A DNA stretch of 64,000 bases from an uncultured Planctomycetaceae bacterium (GCA_903896675.1 CAITYU010000078.1:6228-70227); one strand, 5' to 3'; shown: positions 40,219 through 52,172, counted from the stretch's first letter. The notes: generated by a model from the sequence alone, not told the origin. Numbers and translations: made by a program.

Positions 40219-41793
40219 TCAGACGCCACTGACCTCGCGACCCGCAGAATCCTCGGCACGAAATGTCATGTGCTCGAACGAAACATCTGATTTCGTCACG
40301 ATCACAATCTCCACTTCATTCTCGTCCTCAATTCGAATCAGATCCTTTCGCTTGCGATTGTTCAGGTAGTTGCCCACACGATCGTGTACCTCAATCAGCA
40401 TGCGGGATACCTGCTCGTGGGCAGCCGCCGACATCACCAGCCGCATTACTTCAATCGACAGACTTTCAGCCGTCTTGACCTGCCCCACACCGTTGCATGA
40501 TGGACAGTTTTCATAAACAGAACGCCTCAGCGAAGGACGAATCCGCTGTCGAGTCATCTCGATCAGACCAAACGGACTGATCCTCAGAACCCGCGTCCGA
40601 GCCCGATCCCGCTCCACGGCATCCCGCAAAGCCCGCTCTACGCCACGACGATGACGCTCGTCACGCATGTCAATAAAGTCATTCACAATCACACCACCAA
40701 GGTCCCGCAGCCGGATCTGACGGGCAATCGCTTCTGCCGCTCGCAGATTCATCTGATAGGCACTCTTCTCGGGATCATTGTCCGCACGGAAACTTCCGCT
40801 GTTGACATCAATTGCCACCAGAGCCTCTGTCTGGTCAATCACCAGCGAACCGCCCCCCGGCAACGGCACGTGCCGATCATGAATCCTCGCTATCTCACTC
40901 TCAATCCCGTACTTGTTGAACAGTGGTTCCGTTCCTGCATACCGCTGGATTCGGTTCACATGAGACGGCATCACAATCTTCATGAACTCACGGGCACGCT
41001 CAAAAGCTCCGTCCTCGTCAATCAGAACCGTGTCAATCTCATTCGTATAGATGTCCCGGATCGTCCGAATGATCATGTCACTTTCTTCGTAAATGCCCGC
41101 CGGAGACGGCGTCTTCTTCAGACGAGTGACAATGGTCTCCCACAACCGCAGCAGATAGCTGAGGTCCCGCTTCAGATCAGACTCCTCCCGATCAATTCCC
41201 GCCGTGCGGATGATGAAGCCAAGGCCTTCAGGAGGCTGAATCGATTTCATGGTCTGACGCAGACGTCGCCGAGTCTTCTCGTCGTCAATCTTGCGACTGA
41301 CACCCACACGCTGCAGACCCGGCATCAGCACCAGATACCGCCCAGGAATCGAAATGTACGTCGAAAGAGTCGGCCCTTTGTTGCCAATCCCCTCCTTGAT
41401 CACCTGCACCAGCACCTCGCTGCCACGCTGGAAAATCTTCTGGATCGGAGGCTTGTTGCGGGCATTACGCTCGTTGAGATGCTTCGGCGGTGGGCCGCCC
41501 CGCGACAACTCACGCTGCTCTCGATCGTCCTCTCCACCCTCCTTCACAAGATGCCGGTAATACTGATACTCCACATCACTCACATGCAGAAAACCGTTCC
41601 GGCCAACACCAAAATCAACAAAAGCCGCCTGAATGCTGGGCTCAATGTTGACCACACGCCCCTTGTAAATGTTACCAACATAGTTCTCCGCACTGCTGCG
41701 CTCCACATACAATTCCTCCAGCACTCCATCCTCCACGATGGCTATCCGGCTTTCCTCCGGCTGGAGCACATTGATCAGCATTTCCTTCTTCAT
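40219..41793 (-). CDS. rng: Ribonuclease G (RNase E/G family)
   Basis: MKKEMLINVLQPEESRIAIVEDGVLEELYVE...NIYKGRVVNIEPSIQAAFVDFG is the S1 domain. ALVAIDVNSG is the catalytic DNase I-like region, and a CPSCNG zinc-link motif is present. The 524-aa size fits RNase G. Confidence 0.9.
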   Translation of the reverse strand: MKKEMLINVLQPEESRIAIVEDGVLEELYVERSSAENYVGNIYKGRVVNIEPSIQAAFVDFGVGRNGFLHVSDVEYQYYRHLVKEGGEDDREQRELSRGGPPPKHLNERNARNKPPIQKIFQRGSEVLVQVIKEGIGNKGPTLSTYISIPGRYLVLMPGLQRVGVSRKIDDEKTRRRLRQTMKSIQPPEGLGFIIRTAGIDREESDLKRDLSYLLRLWETIVTRLKKTPSPAGIYEESDMIIRTIRDIYTNEIDTVLIDEDGAFERAREFMKIVMPSHVNRIQRYAGTEPLFNKYGIESEIARIHDRHVPLPGGGSLVIDQTEALVAIDVNSGSFRADNDPEKSAYQMNLRAAEAIARQIRLRDLGGVIVNDFIDMRDERHRRGVERALRDAVERDRARTRVLRISPFGLIEMTRQRIRPSLRRSVYENCPSCNGVGQVKTAESLSIEVMRLVMSAAAHEQVSRMLIEVHDRVGNYLNNRKRKDLIRIEDENEVEIVIVTKSDVSFEHMTFRAEDSAGREVSGV

Positions 41794-42047
41794 GTCACTC
41801 TTTCAGGCTGCGCGGAAACACACAGACTTTTGCTGTGCCTCCGCCATTTCAGTGCCACGCATTCACGAGACACCAGAGATATTCTCTGCACGACAAGCGA
41901 ACGTCGCCAGTCGCCGCTGCGTCAACCCGAATGCCGAAAACTCCGAACCCCCAGTCAGAAACTGAACGCCCGAAAAACTTCCGAACTCCCGCTGACGCTG
42001 TATTTCAAAAAACAACAGCAATTCCGGAAACAGACTGATGCCTTGCC

Positions 42048-43811
42048 TCAGAAATCGTTGCCGTTGACAAGATCAGGACATAACCTCGACAGTTCCCCCT
42101 GCAGATAATGCTCCACATCCCTGGCCAGATCAAGTTGACAGGCATGCTGAGCAATCCGCTCCGCCTCGGAAATCGGCAGACTTCTGATAATTTCCTTCAG
42201 CAGTGGTATCGACTGCGGCGTGACACTGAGACTGCGAAGCCCCATGCCCAGCAACAGTGGCACAAATCGAGGCTCAGAACTCATCTGACCACAGACCGTA
42301 ACCGGCTTACCATGCCGGTCCGCGGCCCTCAACACCATGCGTATGAGCCTCAGAATCGATGGATCTCCAGCCCGGTAAAGGCCAGCCACCGTCGGATCTG
42401 AACGATCACACGCCAGAGTGTATTGAATCAGGTCATTTGTACCAATCGAAAAGAAGTCCACTTCCCTCGCAAATTCCTCCGCAAGAATCACCGCCGATGG
42501 CACCTCAACCATCATCCCCACCGGCAGGTTGCGCTGAAATGGAACCCCCTCCTCCTCCAGATCCTCCATCACATCCATCAGTATCATCTTCGCCTGACGA
42601 AACTCCAGCAACGATGAAACCAGCGGAAACATGATCCGCACATTCCCCCGCACCGATGCCCGCAGAATCGCCCGCAATTGACGCTTGAACATCGGAGTAC
42701 TCTGAAGACTCAGACGGATGCTCCGCAATCCCAGCATGGGATTCGGAGACTCCTCAAACTGACTCTGCAGCAACTGCGGTACCTTGTCAGCACCAATGTC
42801 CAGTGTCCTGATCACCACTGGCCTCTCACCACAGGCATCCAGCACACGACAATACGCCTCATAATGGTCCTGCTCGGATGGCTCCCGATTACCACTCAAA
42901 AACAAAAACTCCGTACGATACAGCCCGATCCCGTCAGCACCACGCTGCATGCACGCACTAACCTCCTCCGGAAACTCGATGTTGCCACTCAGCTGAATTC
43001 GCTGGCCATCCTGAGTCTCAGCAGGAAGATTGTTGATCCGCCCCAGACGCTCACGCACCAGATGCCTGCGAGCCCGTGAACGCTCCACACGATTGAGCGA
43101 TTCCGAGTCCGGATCCACCACCACCTGCCCACGGTCACCGTCCAGTATCGCCGTTTCACCACCCGAGACCTGCGCCAAACACCGCCCCAGACCCACAACC
43201 GCAGGAATCTCCAGAGCCCCCGCCAGAATCGCCGTGTGACTCGTACGACCGCCAACCTCAGTGGCAAATCCCAGCACAAACCGAGTATCCAGCGAGGCCG
43301 TCTCTCCCGGAGTCAGATCATGTGCCAGCAGAATCACCGGAGACGAAAGGTCACGCAATTCCTCGCGACTGGCACCCAGCAGCTTACCCAACAGCCGCTT
43401 CTCAAGATCAAAAATATCCAGCGCCCGCTCCGACAAATACTGATTACCCATCTTCTGCAGTTGACTGGCATAGCCACGCAACACTCGACTGACCGCAAAC
43501 TCAGGCGAACGACACTGATCACGAATCAGCGCCTCAACCTCCCTGATCAGACGCGGGTCACCAGCCATCTGCAAATGAGCCGAAAAAATCGCACCGTACT
43601 GCTCTCCCAGCTGCGATGTCACCAACTGCTCGTTCTCGCGAATGTCCGCACAGACGTGATCCAGAGCCTCGTGGAAACGATTCAACTCGGCGTCAACCGC
43701 GTCGCGCGTGAGATACACCCGGGGTATTCGGAAGTTCTCCGAACCCAGCACCAGCACCGGACCCGTCTCAATCCCCGGGGAAACCGCTATGCCCGTAAAG
43801 ACCTTCATCAC
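42048..43811 (-). CDS. ptsI: Phosphoenolpyruvate-protein phosphotransferase (PTS enzyme I)
   Basis: GIAVSPGI, GGRTSHTAILAGALEIPAVVG (active-site His), GLYRTEFLF and SIGTNDLIQYTLA form the canonical EI pattern. Confidence 0.9.
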   Translation of the reverse strand: MMKVFTGIAVSPGIETGPVLVLGSENFRIPRVYLTRDAVDAELNRFHEALDHVCADIRENEQLVTSQLGEQYGAIFSAHLQMAGDPRLIREVEALIRDQCRSPEFAVSRVLRGYASQLQKMGNQYLSERALDIFDLEKRLLGKLLGASREELRDLSSPVILLAHDLTPGETASLDTRFVLGFATEVGGRTSHTAILAGALEIPAVVGLGRCLAQVSGGETAILDGDRGQVVVDPDSESLNRVERSRARRHLVRERLGRINNLPAETQDGQRIQLSGNIEFPEEVSACMQRGADGIGLYRTEFLFLSGNREPSEQDHYEAYCRVLDACGERPVVIRTLDIGADKVPQLLQSQFEESPNPMLGLRSIRLSLQSTPMFKRQLRAILRASVRGNVRIMFPLVSSLLEFRQAKMILMDVMEDLEEEGVPFQRNLPVGMMVEVPSAVILAEEFAREVDFFSIGTNDLIQYTLACDRSDPTVAGLYRAGDPSILRLIRMVLRAADRHGKPVTVCGQMSSEPRFVPLLLGMGLRSLSVTPQSIPLLKEIIRSLPISEAERIAQHACQLDLARDVEHYLQGELSRLCPDLVNGNDF

Positions 43812-44160
43812 CGAATTCTAGCGGGATTTCTACGAAACGGAACACTCCCGACCGACAGAACCCGGCGATTCACACACCGTCAAACGCTTTTTACTCCCGT
43901 TACACCCAAACCACCACGCGGCCACTCCGGCACACGCCACGGTCAAATACCCCGCAATCCATACCCTGAACTTGAATCGATTTATTCATTTCCACCCATT
44001 CTTCCGGCCAAATCCTCACCCCTTACCCAATCGGAATTTTTCATGAAGCACCCGGCTCAGACCACCCGATAACAGTGGCAGAATTCAGCCGAAACCCGGG
44101 GGGAAACAGACAGCTACAGCTGGCTGAACGGTGACGGCAACAATATCCAGGGGATCACCG

Positions 44161-44385
44161 ATGCGTCCCAGACTCAGACTCTTCACCGGCTCAGATGAAC
44201 CGGAAAACACCGCTCTTCAGGAACCTGAAGCCACAATCAGACTCGGAGAACTCACACGCATCCTCTCAGATGCCATTATCTGGGATCGCACCTGGGTCAC
44301 CGACTTCGCAGACGACGAAGTACGAGTCTCCTCCGACCTCTACGAAATCCTCTCCCTGTACTCACGCATGAAACCCAGCGCCTGA
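44161..44385 (+). CDS. Small hypothetical protein (74 aa)
   Basis: ATG at 44161 within ORF 44131-44385 gives MRPRLRLFTGSDEPENTALQEPEATIRLGELTRILSDAIIWDRTWVTDFADDEVRVSSDLYEILSLYSRM. The composition is protein-like, with no recognisable family. Confidence 0.4.
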   Translation: MRPRLRLFTGSDEPENTALQEPEATIRLGELTRILSDAIIWDRTWVTDFADDEVRVSSDLYEILSLYSRMKPSA

Positions 44386-44405
44386 ACATATGGACATATA
44401 AAACT

Positions 44406-45590
44406 TCAGCGCACATCCTCGCCCGCTGACGCCAACAGCGTCGCTACGCGACAGCCCTGCAGATACTCCGGTACATTCAAACGCTCACGCACGGTGTGGA
44501 TGTCATGCTGGCCACACCCCAGCGTCACTGCAGGGAAACCGTGCACCGCCATCCAGTTGGCGTCCAGTCCGCCGTCACAAATCTGAGCCACCGGTTTCAT
44601 CCCCGCAAGACGCACTGCCGCTCCCGCGGCAACCACACACTCACTCTCCGGTGGCATCCTGAAAGCCTCGTACCGCAACTCGTCCGCGAATTGCAGAATC
44701 CCACGCTGACCAGCAGCATTTTCGACTGCCGCAGCGGCCGACTCAAACGCCGCACGCCACGCAGCGACAATCTGCTCCCGGAACTCCGAATCGTGGCTCC
44801 GCGCCTCCGCCTCAATCTCCACCCTCGACATCACCACGTTCGTCGCATCGCCACCACGAATTACTCCCAGATTACTTGTCCCACGCTGCCTGCCGCGACG
44901 AATCTGGCCGTGCCAGCCCGATTTCTGCAGCTGCGCAATGGCCAGCGAGCACACTACCGCCGCATTCACGCCATCCTCCGGATGCGCTCCCGCATGGCTG
45001 GCAATCCCCTCAATCTCTATCGACAGATTGCTCGCTCCCACTGCCCCCGTTATCAGCGACGCCGGATCCCGGCCGTCCCAGTTGAAACACAGCGCCGGAC
45101 GACCAAGCTTCGACGCCGTTAACCACCTCGCACCTCGCAGCCCCGTCTCCTCCTGCACCGTAAACAACAAAGTCAGTGGCGGATAATCAAGCCCCTGAGA
45201 CAACACCTCCAGCAGCGCCGTCAACACCACCGCACACCCGGCTCGGTTGTCACCACCCAGCGCCGTCAAGGCAGATGCCGGGCGAATCCAGTCACCCTCC
45301 CGAACCGGCTTTGCACCTACCGCCAGAGGCACCGTGTCCATATGTGCCATCAGTAACCGGCGAGGCCCCTTTCTGGTCCCCCGCAGACGTACAATCAGAT
45401 TCCCCGTCGTCCCGCCAGCCGGACTCTTCCGATGCGCACGATCAGTCTCGATCGACGACTCCGGAACTCCCGCAACCAGTAACTCCCGACAAATCCAGGC
45501 AGCAACATCCTGCTCCGCACCGCTGCCACCCGGAATCGCAATCAGATCCATCACACGACTGATTGCTCGCTTTTCATCAACCTGTACCAC
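44406..45590 (-). CDS. M20/M25/M40-family metallopeptidase (peptidase T-like)
   Basis: Metal and catalytic motifs of M20 hydrolases are present: LMAHMDTV, GGDNRAGCAV and VQEETGLRGA. Start is GTG at 45590, which overlaps the upstream gene end by 14 nt. Confidence 0.85.
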   Translation of the reverse strand: MVQVDEKRAISRVMDLIAIPGGSGAEQDVAAWICRELLVAGVPESSIETDRAHRKSPAGGTTGNLIVRLRGTRKGPRRLLMAHMDTVPLAVGAKPVREGDWIRPASALTALGGDNRAGCAVVLTALLEVLSQGLDYPPLTLLFTVQEETGLRGARWLTASKLGRPALCFNWDGRDPASLITGAVGASNLSIEIEGIASHAGAHPEDGVNAAVVCSLAIAQLQKSGWHGQIRRGRQRGTSNLGVIRGGDATNVVMSRVEIEAEARSHDSEFREQIVAAWRAAFESAAAAVENAAGQRGILQFADELRYEAFRMPPESECVVAAGAAVRLAGMKPVAQICDGGLDANWMAVHGFPAVTLGCGQHDIHTVRERLNVPEYLQGCRVATLLASAGEDVR

Positions 45591-46854
45591 AACCCGCCCC
45601 TTCCGAGTTCAACTCGGCAAAATCCAGCGTTGCAAAATAGTCTTCCGCCGTCTCCGCTCGACGAATCTGCCGTACACTGCCGTCCGCTCGCAACAGTAAC
45701 TCTGCACACCGCAGCTTCCCGTTGTACTGAAATCCCATCGCGTGGCCGTGTGCCCCCGAGTCGTGTATCACAAGCAGATCTCCCCGCTCCACCGCCGGCA
45801 GCGATCGCTGCACTGCAAATTTGTCATTGTTCTCACACAATGAACCCACAACGTCCACAACATGGTCATGCGGCGCATTCTCCTTGCCCAGCACCGTGAT
45901 GTGATGATACGCGCCATACATCCCTGGACGCATCAGATTCGCCATGCAGGCATCCACTCCCACATAATCACGATAAATGCTCTTATGATGCACGGCCGTC
46001 GTCACCAGATAACCATGCGGACCCGTGATCATTCGCCCGTTCTCCATCAGCAGCCGCAGCGGATGCAAACCCGTCCCCGCAATCATCTGCTCATACAAAT
46101 CGCGAATCCAATCACCCACCTGAGCCAGATTCACAGGTCGCTGCTCAGGGCGATACGGGATCCCGATCCCCCCCCCCAGATTCACAAACTCTATGCGAAT
46201 CCCCAGCTCCGCATGCAGACGCAGTGCCAGATCAAACAGCATCCGTGCCGTCTCAACGAAGAATTCCCCATTCAGCTCGTTCGATGCCACCATTGTGTGC
46301 AGACCAAATCGCTGCACTCCCGCGTCCCGCAGCCTCCGATAGCCCTCAAACAACTGCTGCTCTGTGAATCCGTATTTCGCCTCCTCAGGCTTCCCGATAA
46401 TCACGTTGCCTTCACGAGCCGATCCGGGATTGTAGCGAAAACACAGCAACTCCGGCAGACCCACGTGCTCACGCAGATAATCAATGTGCGTCAGATCATC
46501 CAGATTGACAATTGCCCCGAGCTGCACTGCCTTGCGGTACTCGTGCGCCAGAGTATTGTTGGACGTGAACATGATGTCCTCACCCGTCAACCCCACACGC
46601 TCAGACAGCATCAGCTCCGGCAGGCTGGAACAGTCCGCCCCCAAACCTTCCTCGCTGGCGATTCTTACAATCCAGGGGTTCGGCAGAGCCTTCACCGCAA
46701 AGTATTCACGAAAACCCTGAGACCACGCGAAGGCCGCGTTCAGCTCGCGACAGGTACGCCGAATACCAGCCTCGTCGTAGACATAAAAAGGAGTCGGCCA
46801 GGTGTCCGTCAGCCGGCGAATAAACTGCTCGTCAAATGGCAACATCTTCTGCAT
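45577..46854 (-). CDS. Type III PLP-dependent decarboxylase, probable diaminopimelate decarboxylase
   Basis: PTPFYVYDE, FAVKALPNP (PLP Lys), LGGGIGIPY, CENNDKF and HDSGAHGHAMGFQYNG form the Orn/DAP/Arg decarboxylase family 2 pattern. Start is ATG 46854. Confidence 0.85.
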   Translation of the reverse strand: MQKMLPFDEQFIRRLTDTWPTPFYVYDEAGIRRTCRELNAAFAWSQGFREYFAVKALPNPWIVRIASEEGLGADCSSLPELMLSERVGLTGEDIMFTSNNTLAHEYRKAVQLGAIVNLDDLTHIDYLREHVGLPELLCFRYNPGSAREGNVIIGKPEEAKYGFTEQQLFEGYRRLRDAGVQRFGLHTMVASNELNGEFFVETARMLFDLALRLHAELGIRIEFVNLGGGIGIPYRPEQRPVNLAQVGDWIRDLYEQMIAGTGLHPLRLLMENGRMITGPHGYLVTTAVHHKSIYRDYVGVDACMANLMRPGMYGAYHHITVLGKENAPHDHVVDVVGSLCENNDKFAVQRSLPAVERGDLLVIHDSGAHGHAMGFQYNGKLRCAELLLRADGSVRQIRRAETAEDYFATLDFAELNSEGAGCGTG

Positions 46855-47025
46855 GGGATTTCCTGAACAAACTGAGCACCAACGGTGACAGCACAAACAA
46901 TCAACGGGTTGCTGTCAAACAACAGTTTCCCCGTCACTTTCCGGGAATGCAACCATCCGCACTCACGGTTCCCACCAACCGCTGACCACGGCTCCGCAAC
47001 AACAGGGCGCCACCTCAGAATTCGT

Positions 47026-48288
47026 TCACTTCTGCTGATTCAGCCACAGCTTCGCATCCGCCAGATCCAGCCAGTCACACACACTGCTGCCGTCCCCGAA
47101 GTCCACCTCTGCCTCCAGCGTCGACCTGCCGGAAACAGACAATCGCAGAACACGCGGCGGATCCTGAGCCGAAATCAGCTCATCAAACAGCACATCATCG
47201 TCCGCTCGAATCACCAGACGCACCGCATGCCCAGCCGCTGCATTGAATGCCACCTCGTCGTCAATCCCCGCCGTCAGCTCAAGTGTCTCGTAACGGCGGT
47301 CCAGAGCCCACGAGAGCACAGAATGCGAATGCACACACAAGCCCCGCAGATACTCCCGACCTCGCAGACGCAGACGACTGCTGCCCTGCAGTACTCGATC
47401 ACGCCGCGGCGAAAACAACCGCTGCTGCGTCTCCGTGTCCACCAGCCCCTGCAACAGACTGCCCTCAGGATCCGCCGATATCAAAGCTTCACGCAGTAAC
47501 GGCAACTCCGACAGATAAGCCAGACGCTCACCACTCAGATCCGCCAGACGCAAATGCTCCACCCCACACCGCAGCGACTGCCCCCACGAAGACCCGCACT
47601 GCACTACCGCGTCCTGCACCCGCAGATCACTGACACGCATGGAATCACCGTTCTGCAGCACAAGACGCGACCCTGCTGCGGACTTCTCAGGAGCCCCGGC
47701 AGGTTGGCCAAAAACCACCCCGAATACACGAGCAGCCGGCACCGGAACCTTCTCACCATCGAGCAGAAAATCCACGGAGTCCGCACCTATGGCACTCACA
47801 ATCCCGCTCAGAAAATCCAGACCACTGCCATCCCGCTTAACAACAATCAGCAGGTCCTTCTCAGACTCACGCTTCCTGAATGCTCCCCACTGCTCAGCAA
47901 AACCAGCCCCCTCCACCTGCAAACGCACTGCCGAAACAGCTTCCAACGGAACCCGCAGATCTCCCCACACTTCCGACTGCAACACAACTTCCGTCACTGA
48001 TCGATGTACACCCGTCGCTGACAGCTCAGAACCATCCCGCAGATACAATCGCTGCGGATGCTGCTCAGTTCCCGTCGCCACCCCGGACTCCGACTCCGCA
48101 GACCGAAACTCCAGCTGCAATAACTCGGCCGCACCCACTGTCTGCAACTGACCGCCCGACTGCAACTCCAACTGCCGTCCGTCAAATGACTTCAGCTCGC
48201 CCGAACGCTCTGTACCATCAACCAGAGACAGTCGCACCTCACCTCGCGAAGCTGGCAGCAAACAACAGAGTAACAACAGCAGACTCAT
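47026..48288 (-). CDS. Secreted protein with four small beta repeats and a C-terminal NPCBM/NEW2-like domain
   Basis: ATG at 48288 gives the signal peptide MSLLLLLCCLLPASRG. Four ~45-aa repeats follow (for example RLSLVDGTERSGELKSF..., RLYLRDGSELSATGV..., RLVLQNGDSMRVSDL...). The C-terminus YLRGLCVHSHSVLSWAL...LELTAGIDDEV...VDFGDGSSVCDWLDLADAKL is NPCBM-like. Confidence 0.8.
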   Translation of the reverse strand: MSLLLLLCCLLPASRGEVRLSLVDGTERSGELKSFDGRQLELQSGGQLQTVGAAELLQLEFRSAESESGVATGTEQHPQRLYLRDGSELSATGVHRSVTEVVLQSEVWGDLRVPLEAVSAVRLQVEGAGFAEQWGAFRKRESEKDLLIVVKRDGSGLDFLSGIVSAIGADSVDFLLDGEKVPVPAARVFGVVFGQPAGAPEKSAAGSRLVLQNGDSMRVSDLRVQDAVVQCGSSWGQSLRCGVEHLRLADLSGERLAYLSELPLLREALISADPEGSLLQGLVDTETQQRLFSPRRDRVLQGSSRLRLRGREYLRGLCVHSHSVLSWALDRRYETLELTAGIDDEVAFNAAAGHAVRLVIRADDDVLFDELISAQDPPRVLRLSVSGRSTLEAEVDFGDGSSVCDWLDLADAKLWLNQQK

Positions 48289-48326
48289 CGGCCCCTCCTC
48301 CCCCACCGCACACAAGACTCCGCAAA

Positions 48327-49375
<1,049 letters not shown>

Positions 49376-49379
<4 letters not shown>

Positions 49380-50821
49380 GGGGCTTCCCCGACTTCATCG
49401 TCCTCTGAAAAACTCACCATTCCCACAAGGTCATAACCATCACGCTCCAGAATCTCCACCGGAACCAGATCCCCTGGTTCCAGTTCAGCGCCTGTCACAA
49501 TCACAGTGGAATCAATTTCAGGAGCATCAGCGAAGGATCGGCCGGCATAAACCCCGTCACCAATCTCTTCGTCAATCAGCACATCAAGTTCATATCCCAC
49601 CATCCGCTCGGCATGCTCAAACGCGATCCGCTGCTGCAATGACATCAGTTCGTCTCGCCGAGCCTCCTTGACGTCCTCAGGCAGATGCCCCTCCAGACGC
49701 ACAGCCGGAGTCCCTGGTTCAAGCGAATAAGTGAATACGCCGAGCCGCTCAAAACGAGCCTCCTCAACGAACTGACGCAACTCGTCAAACTGCTCGTCCG
49801 TCTCTCCCGGAAATCCTGTGATAAACGTCGTCCGCAGTACCACATTCGGAATCCGCTCTCGCAGCCGCCCGATCAGGTCACGCGTCTGCTCTCCGTTCAC
49901 CCGACGCTGCATCCGCTTCAGAACTGCAGAGTTGATATGCTGCAGCGGCATGTCCAGATAGGGAAGTATCAACGAAGAATCAGCAATCACGCTGATCAGT
50001 TCATCAGTGAAATTGATCGGGTACAGATACATCAGCCGAATCCAGTCCAGCCCCTCGACCTGCTCCAGCTCGCGCAGCAATTTCGCCAGACGTACCTCAC
50101 CATACAGATCCATTCCGTAGTAGGTGGTGTCCTGAGCCACCAGGATCAGCTCCCGAACTCCGTCCGCTACCAGCTCACGAGCCTCAGAAAGCACCATCTC
50201 AATCGGCTTTGTTACGTGCTTGCCACGCATCGACGGAATCGAACAGAAGGTACACGTGCGATCACAACCCTCGGAAATCTTCAGATAAGCGTAATGCTGC
50301 GGAGTAATCCGGAGACGGGACTGATCGTTCAGAGCACGAATCGGCGCTGGACGGAATAACTCTCGCTGCTCCCGAGCCCCACCGACCAGACGATCCGCTA
50401 CCTTCGTGATCTCGTCCCGGCCGAATACACCCACCACATGGTCAATCTCCGGCATCTGCTTCAGCAGTCCACCATCCTGCTCCAGACGCTCAGGCAGACA
50501 GCCCGCGACGATCACTCCACGAGTCCCCCCGGCTTTCTTCAGATCCAGCATCTCCTGAATCACCGAACGGGATTCCGCTCGCGAGCTCTCGATGAAACCA
50601 CAGGTGTTGATCACCACAAAATCAGAACCCTCCGGCTCTGACACCAACTCGTAACCCTCACGCGACAACGAACCCAGCATCGTCTCGCTGTCCACCAGAT
50701 TCTTGGGACAACCAAGTGTGATGAACGCATAACGCCCCTTCACATGCCCCGAAACCGCCGGAGCAGAAAGCGGCTGAACTTCACTGGCGGACGATGGATC
50801 AATAATCGGAAGAATGGCCAT
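49376..50821 (-). CDS. rimO: Ribosomal protein S12 methylthiotransferase
   Basis: The N-terminal MTTase cluster reads FITLGCPKNLVDSE...VINTCGFI. The radical-SAM CxxxCxxC motif is EGCDRTCTFCSIP. A C-terminal TRAM domain is present, and the overall pattern is RimO rather than MiaB. Confidence 0.9.
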
Positions 50822-51049
50822 GGGCTGCTTTTCGGAAATTGCTCGTGCGATTCAAAGCGGTGGAAGTCCGCCACCGCAAGTCTATCGGCAATCCGGAGCA
50901 ACGCCAAAGTCCCGGATGAAAAATGCGGCGAATTCCTGACCGTTCAGAGGGGAATTCGAACGATTCTCAACATCCGTTGCCCAATTTGCAGACACATTTG
51001 TCCGCTGATTAACCGGCACAGACTGGTCTGAGCCCCAACACGGCACGCG

Positions 51050-52114
51050 TCAGGCCGCCCACGACCGCTGCGCACGCAACTCCAGCTCACCATAAATCAA
51101 ACCACCACGCACAACCGCCGTGTCCGGCGCAACTGCCCGCTGCACCAGAAATCGCTGGCTGCCACCGCTTAACAGAGATAACTGCTCCGCCAGCAGTTCC
51201 GGCACACCGGAGGTCCCCGCAAAACCACCCGACAACACCACCTGCACAGGACGCAATGCCTGTACCAGACCCTCTGTATGCTCCAACTGCTGCACCACCA
51301 CAGTCGCCAACTGCTGCAACACTGCCCGCACCAGCCTGCTCAACACATGCTCCTGCTCATCACGCGGCTGACGCACATCCACCGACTGCTGGCGACGCCA
51401 ACTGCTGACTCGAGCCATGTCCAGATATGCCGCCCCGTCCGCATCCCAGACATGCAAACGCAGTTGCTTCGCCAACTCAGAGTCCACCCAGTTCCCACCC
51501 GCCGGCAGCCAGCCGGATGCCTGGACAAGCCCACGGCGCGCCAGACACCAGCTGCTCGACTCCGCACCCAGCACCACACTGACCCCCGTATACTGACTGT
51601 CCGGCCACACTGACAGCAATGCTGCCTCTGCTGCCCCCAGCTGCACAGCACTGAAACCCGACATCTCCACAAGACGACGCAGAAACTCCGCACCACCAGC
51701 CGTCTCCGACGGCAATCCCTCCTGCTCCCCCACCCGCGCTTCAGCAGCCGGCGTGATCATCACACACAGATTCTCACCATCCGTCACACGCGGCAGCAGA
51801 CAACCCGTCAGGATATGCAGTAACTGCCTCGCAGGCGCATCCGCACACGGCACTCGCCCACCGGGAAACATCGGAGTCGCCGGGATGCGGGTCAGCCAGC
51901 GAGTCCGCTCCACGTCATTCCCCACAATCAATAACACTCCCTCGCCCACCGCATAAGGCACCCCCTGATCACTGAGCGCGCGACGATGCAACGCCGTATC
52001 AGGCACCGCTGAATATTCGGATCGCATCTCCAGACGCTGCAAACGGGATCCCGGACCGCCGGAACGACAAAGACTCCGCAGACTACCGCAGCCAAAATCC
52101 AGCGAACAGATCAT
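51050..52114 (-). CDS. Actin-fold (ASKHA-like) protein, divergent PilM/FtsA/ParM-like (putative)
   Basis: ATG at 52114 gives MICSLDFGCGSLRS, which is phosphate-1-like. VSVVLGAESSSWCLA sits at the phosphate-2 position. VVLSGGFAGTSGVPELLAEQL is an adenosine-motif-like LSGG.A...G segment. The protein ends AVVRGGLIYGE. The 355-aa size is typical of PilM/ParM. Confidence 0.6.
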   Translation of the reverse strand: MICSLDFGCGSLRSLCRSGGPGSRLQRLEMRSEYSAVPDTALHRRALSDQGVPYAVGEGVLLIVGNDVERTRWLTRIPATPMFPGGRVPCADAPARQLLHILTGCLLPRVTDGENLCVMITPAAEARVGEQEGLPSETAGGAEFLRRLVEMSGFSAVQLGAAEAALLSVWPDSQYTGVSVVLGAESSSWCLARRGLVQASGWLPAGGNWVDSELAKQLRLHVWDADGAAYLDMARVSSWRRQQSVDVRQPRDEQEHVLSRLVRAVLQQLATVVVQQLEHTEGLVQALRPVQVVLSGGFAGTSGVPELLAEQLSLLSGGSQRFLVQRAVAPDTAVVRGGLIYGELELRAQRSWAA

Positions 52115-52172
52115 GATTTTTTTCCGGATACCACCAACCAAATCCTGCCCCGCTGCCACTCACGGTTCCAGA

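Noticed and set aside
46168-46177. C10 homopolymer (G10 on the coding strand) inside the decarboxylase gene, and a C9 run at 4098-4106 inside the NHLRC2-like gene. I considered these as phase-variation tracts.
   Set aside because: Both encode conserved glycine runs (LGGGIGIPY PLP-binding loop; FGGGRLF in an NHL blade) in core genes. Nothing else suggests contingency loci, and any length change would destroy essential motifs.
50857-50877. Hairpin GCGGTGG-(7 nt)-CCACCGC, 35 nt upstream of the rimO start.
   Set aside because: It could be a weak terminator for the upstream actin-like gene (TTTG follows on the - strand) or a rimO leader hairpin. The stem is short and its position is ambiguous, so I make no call.
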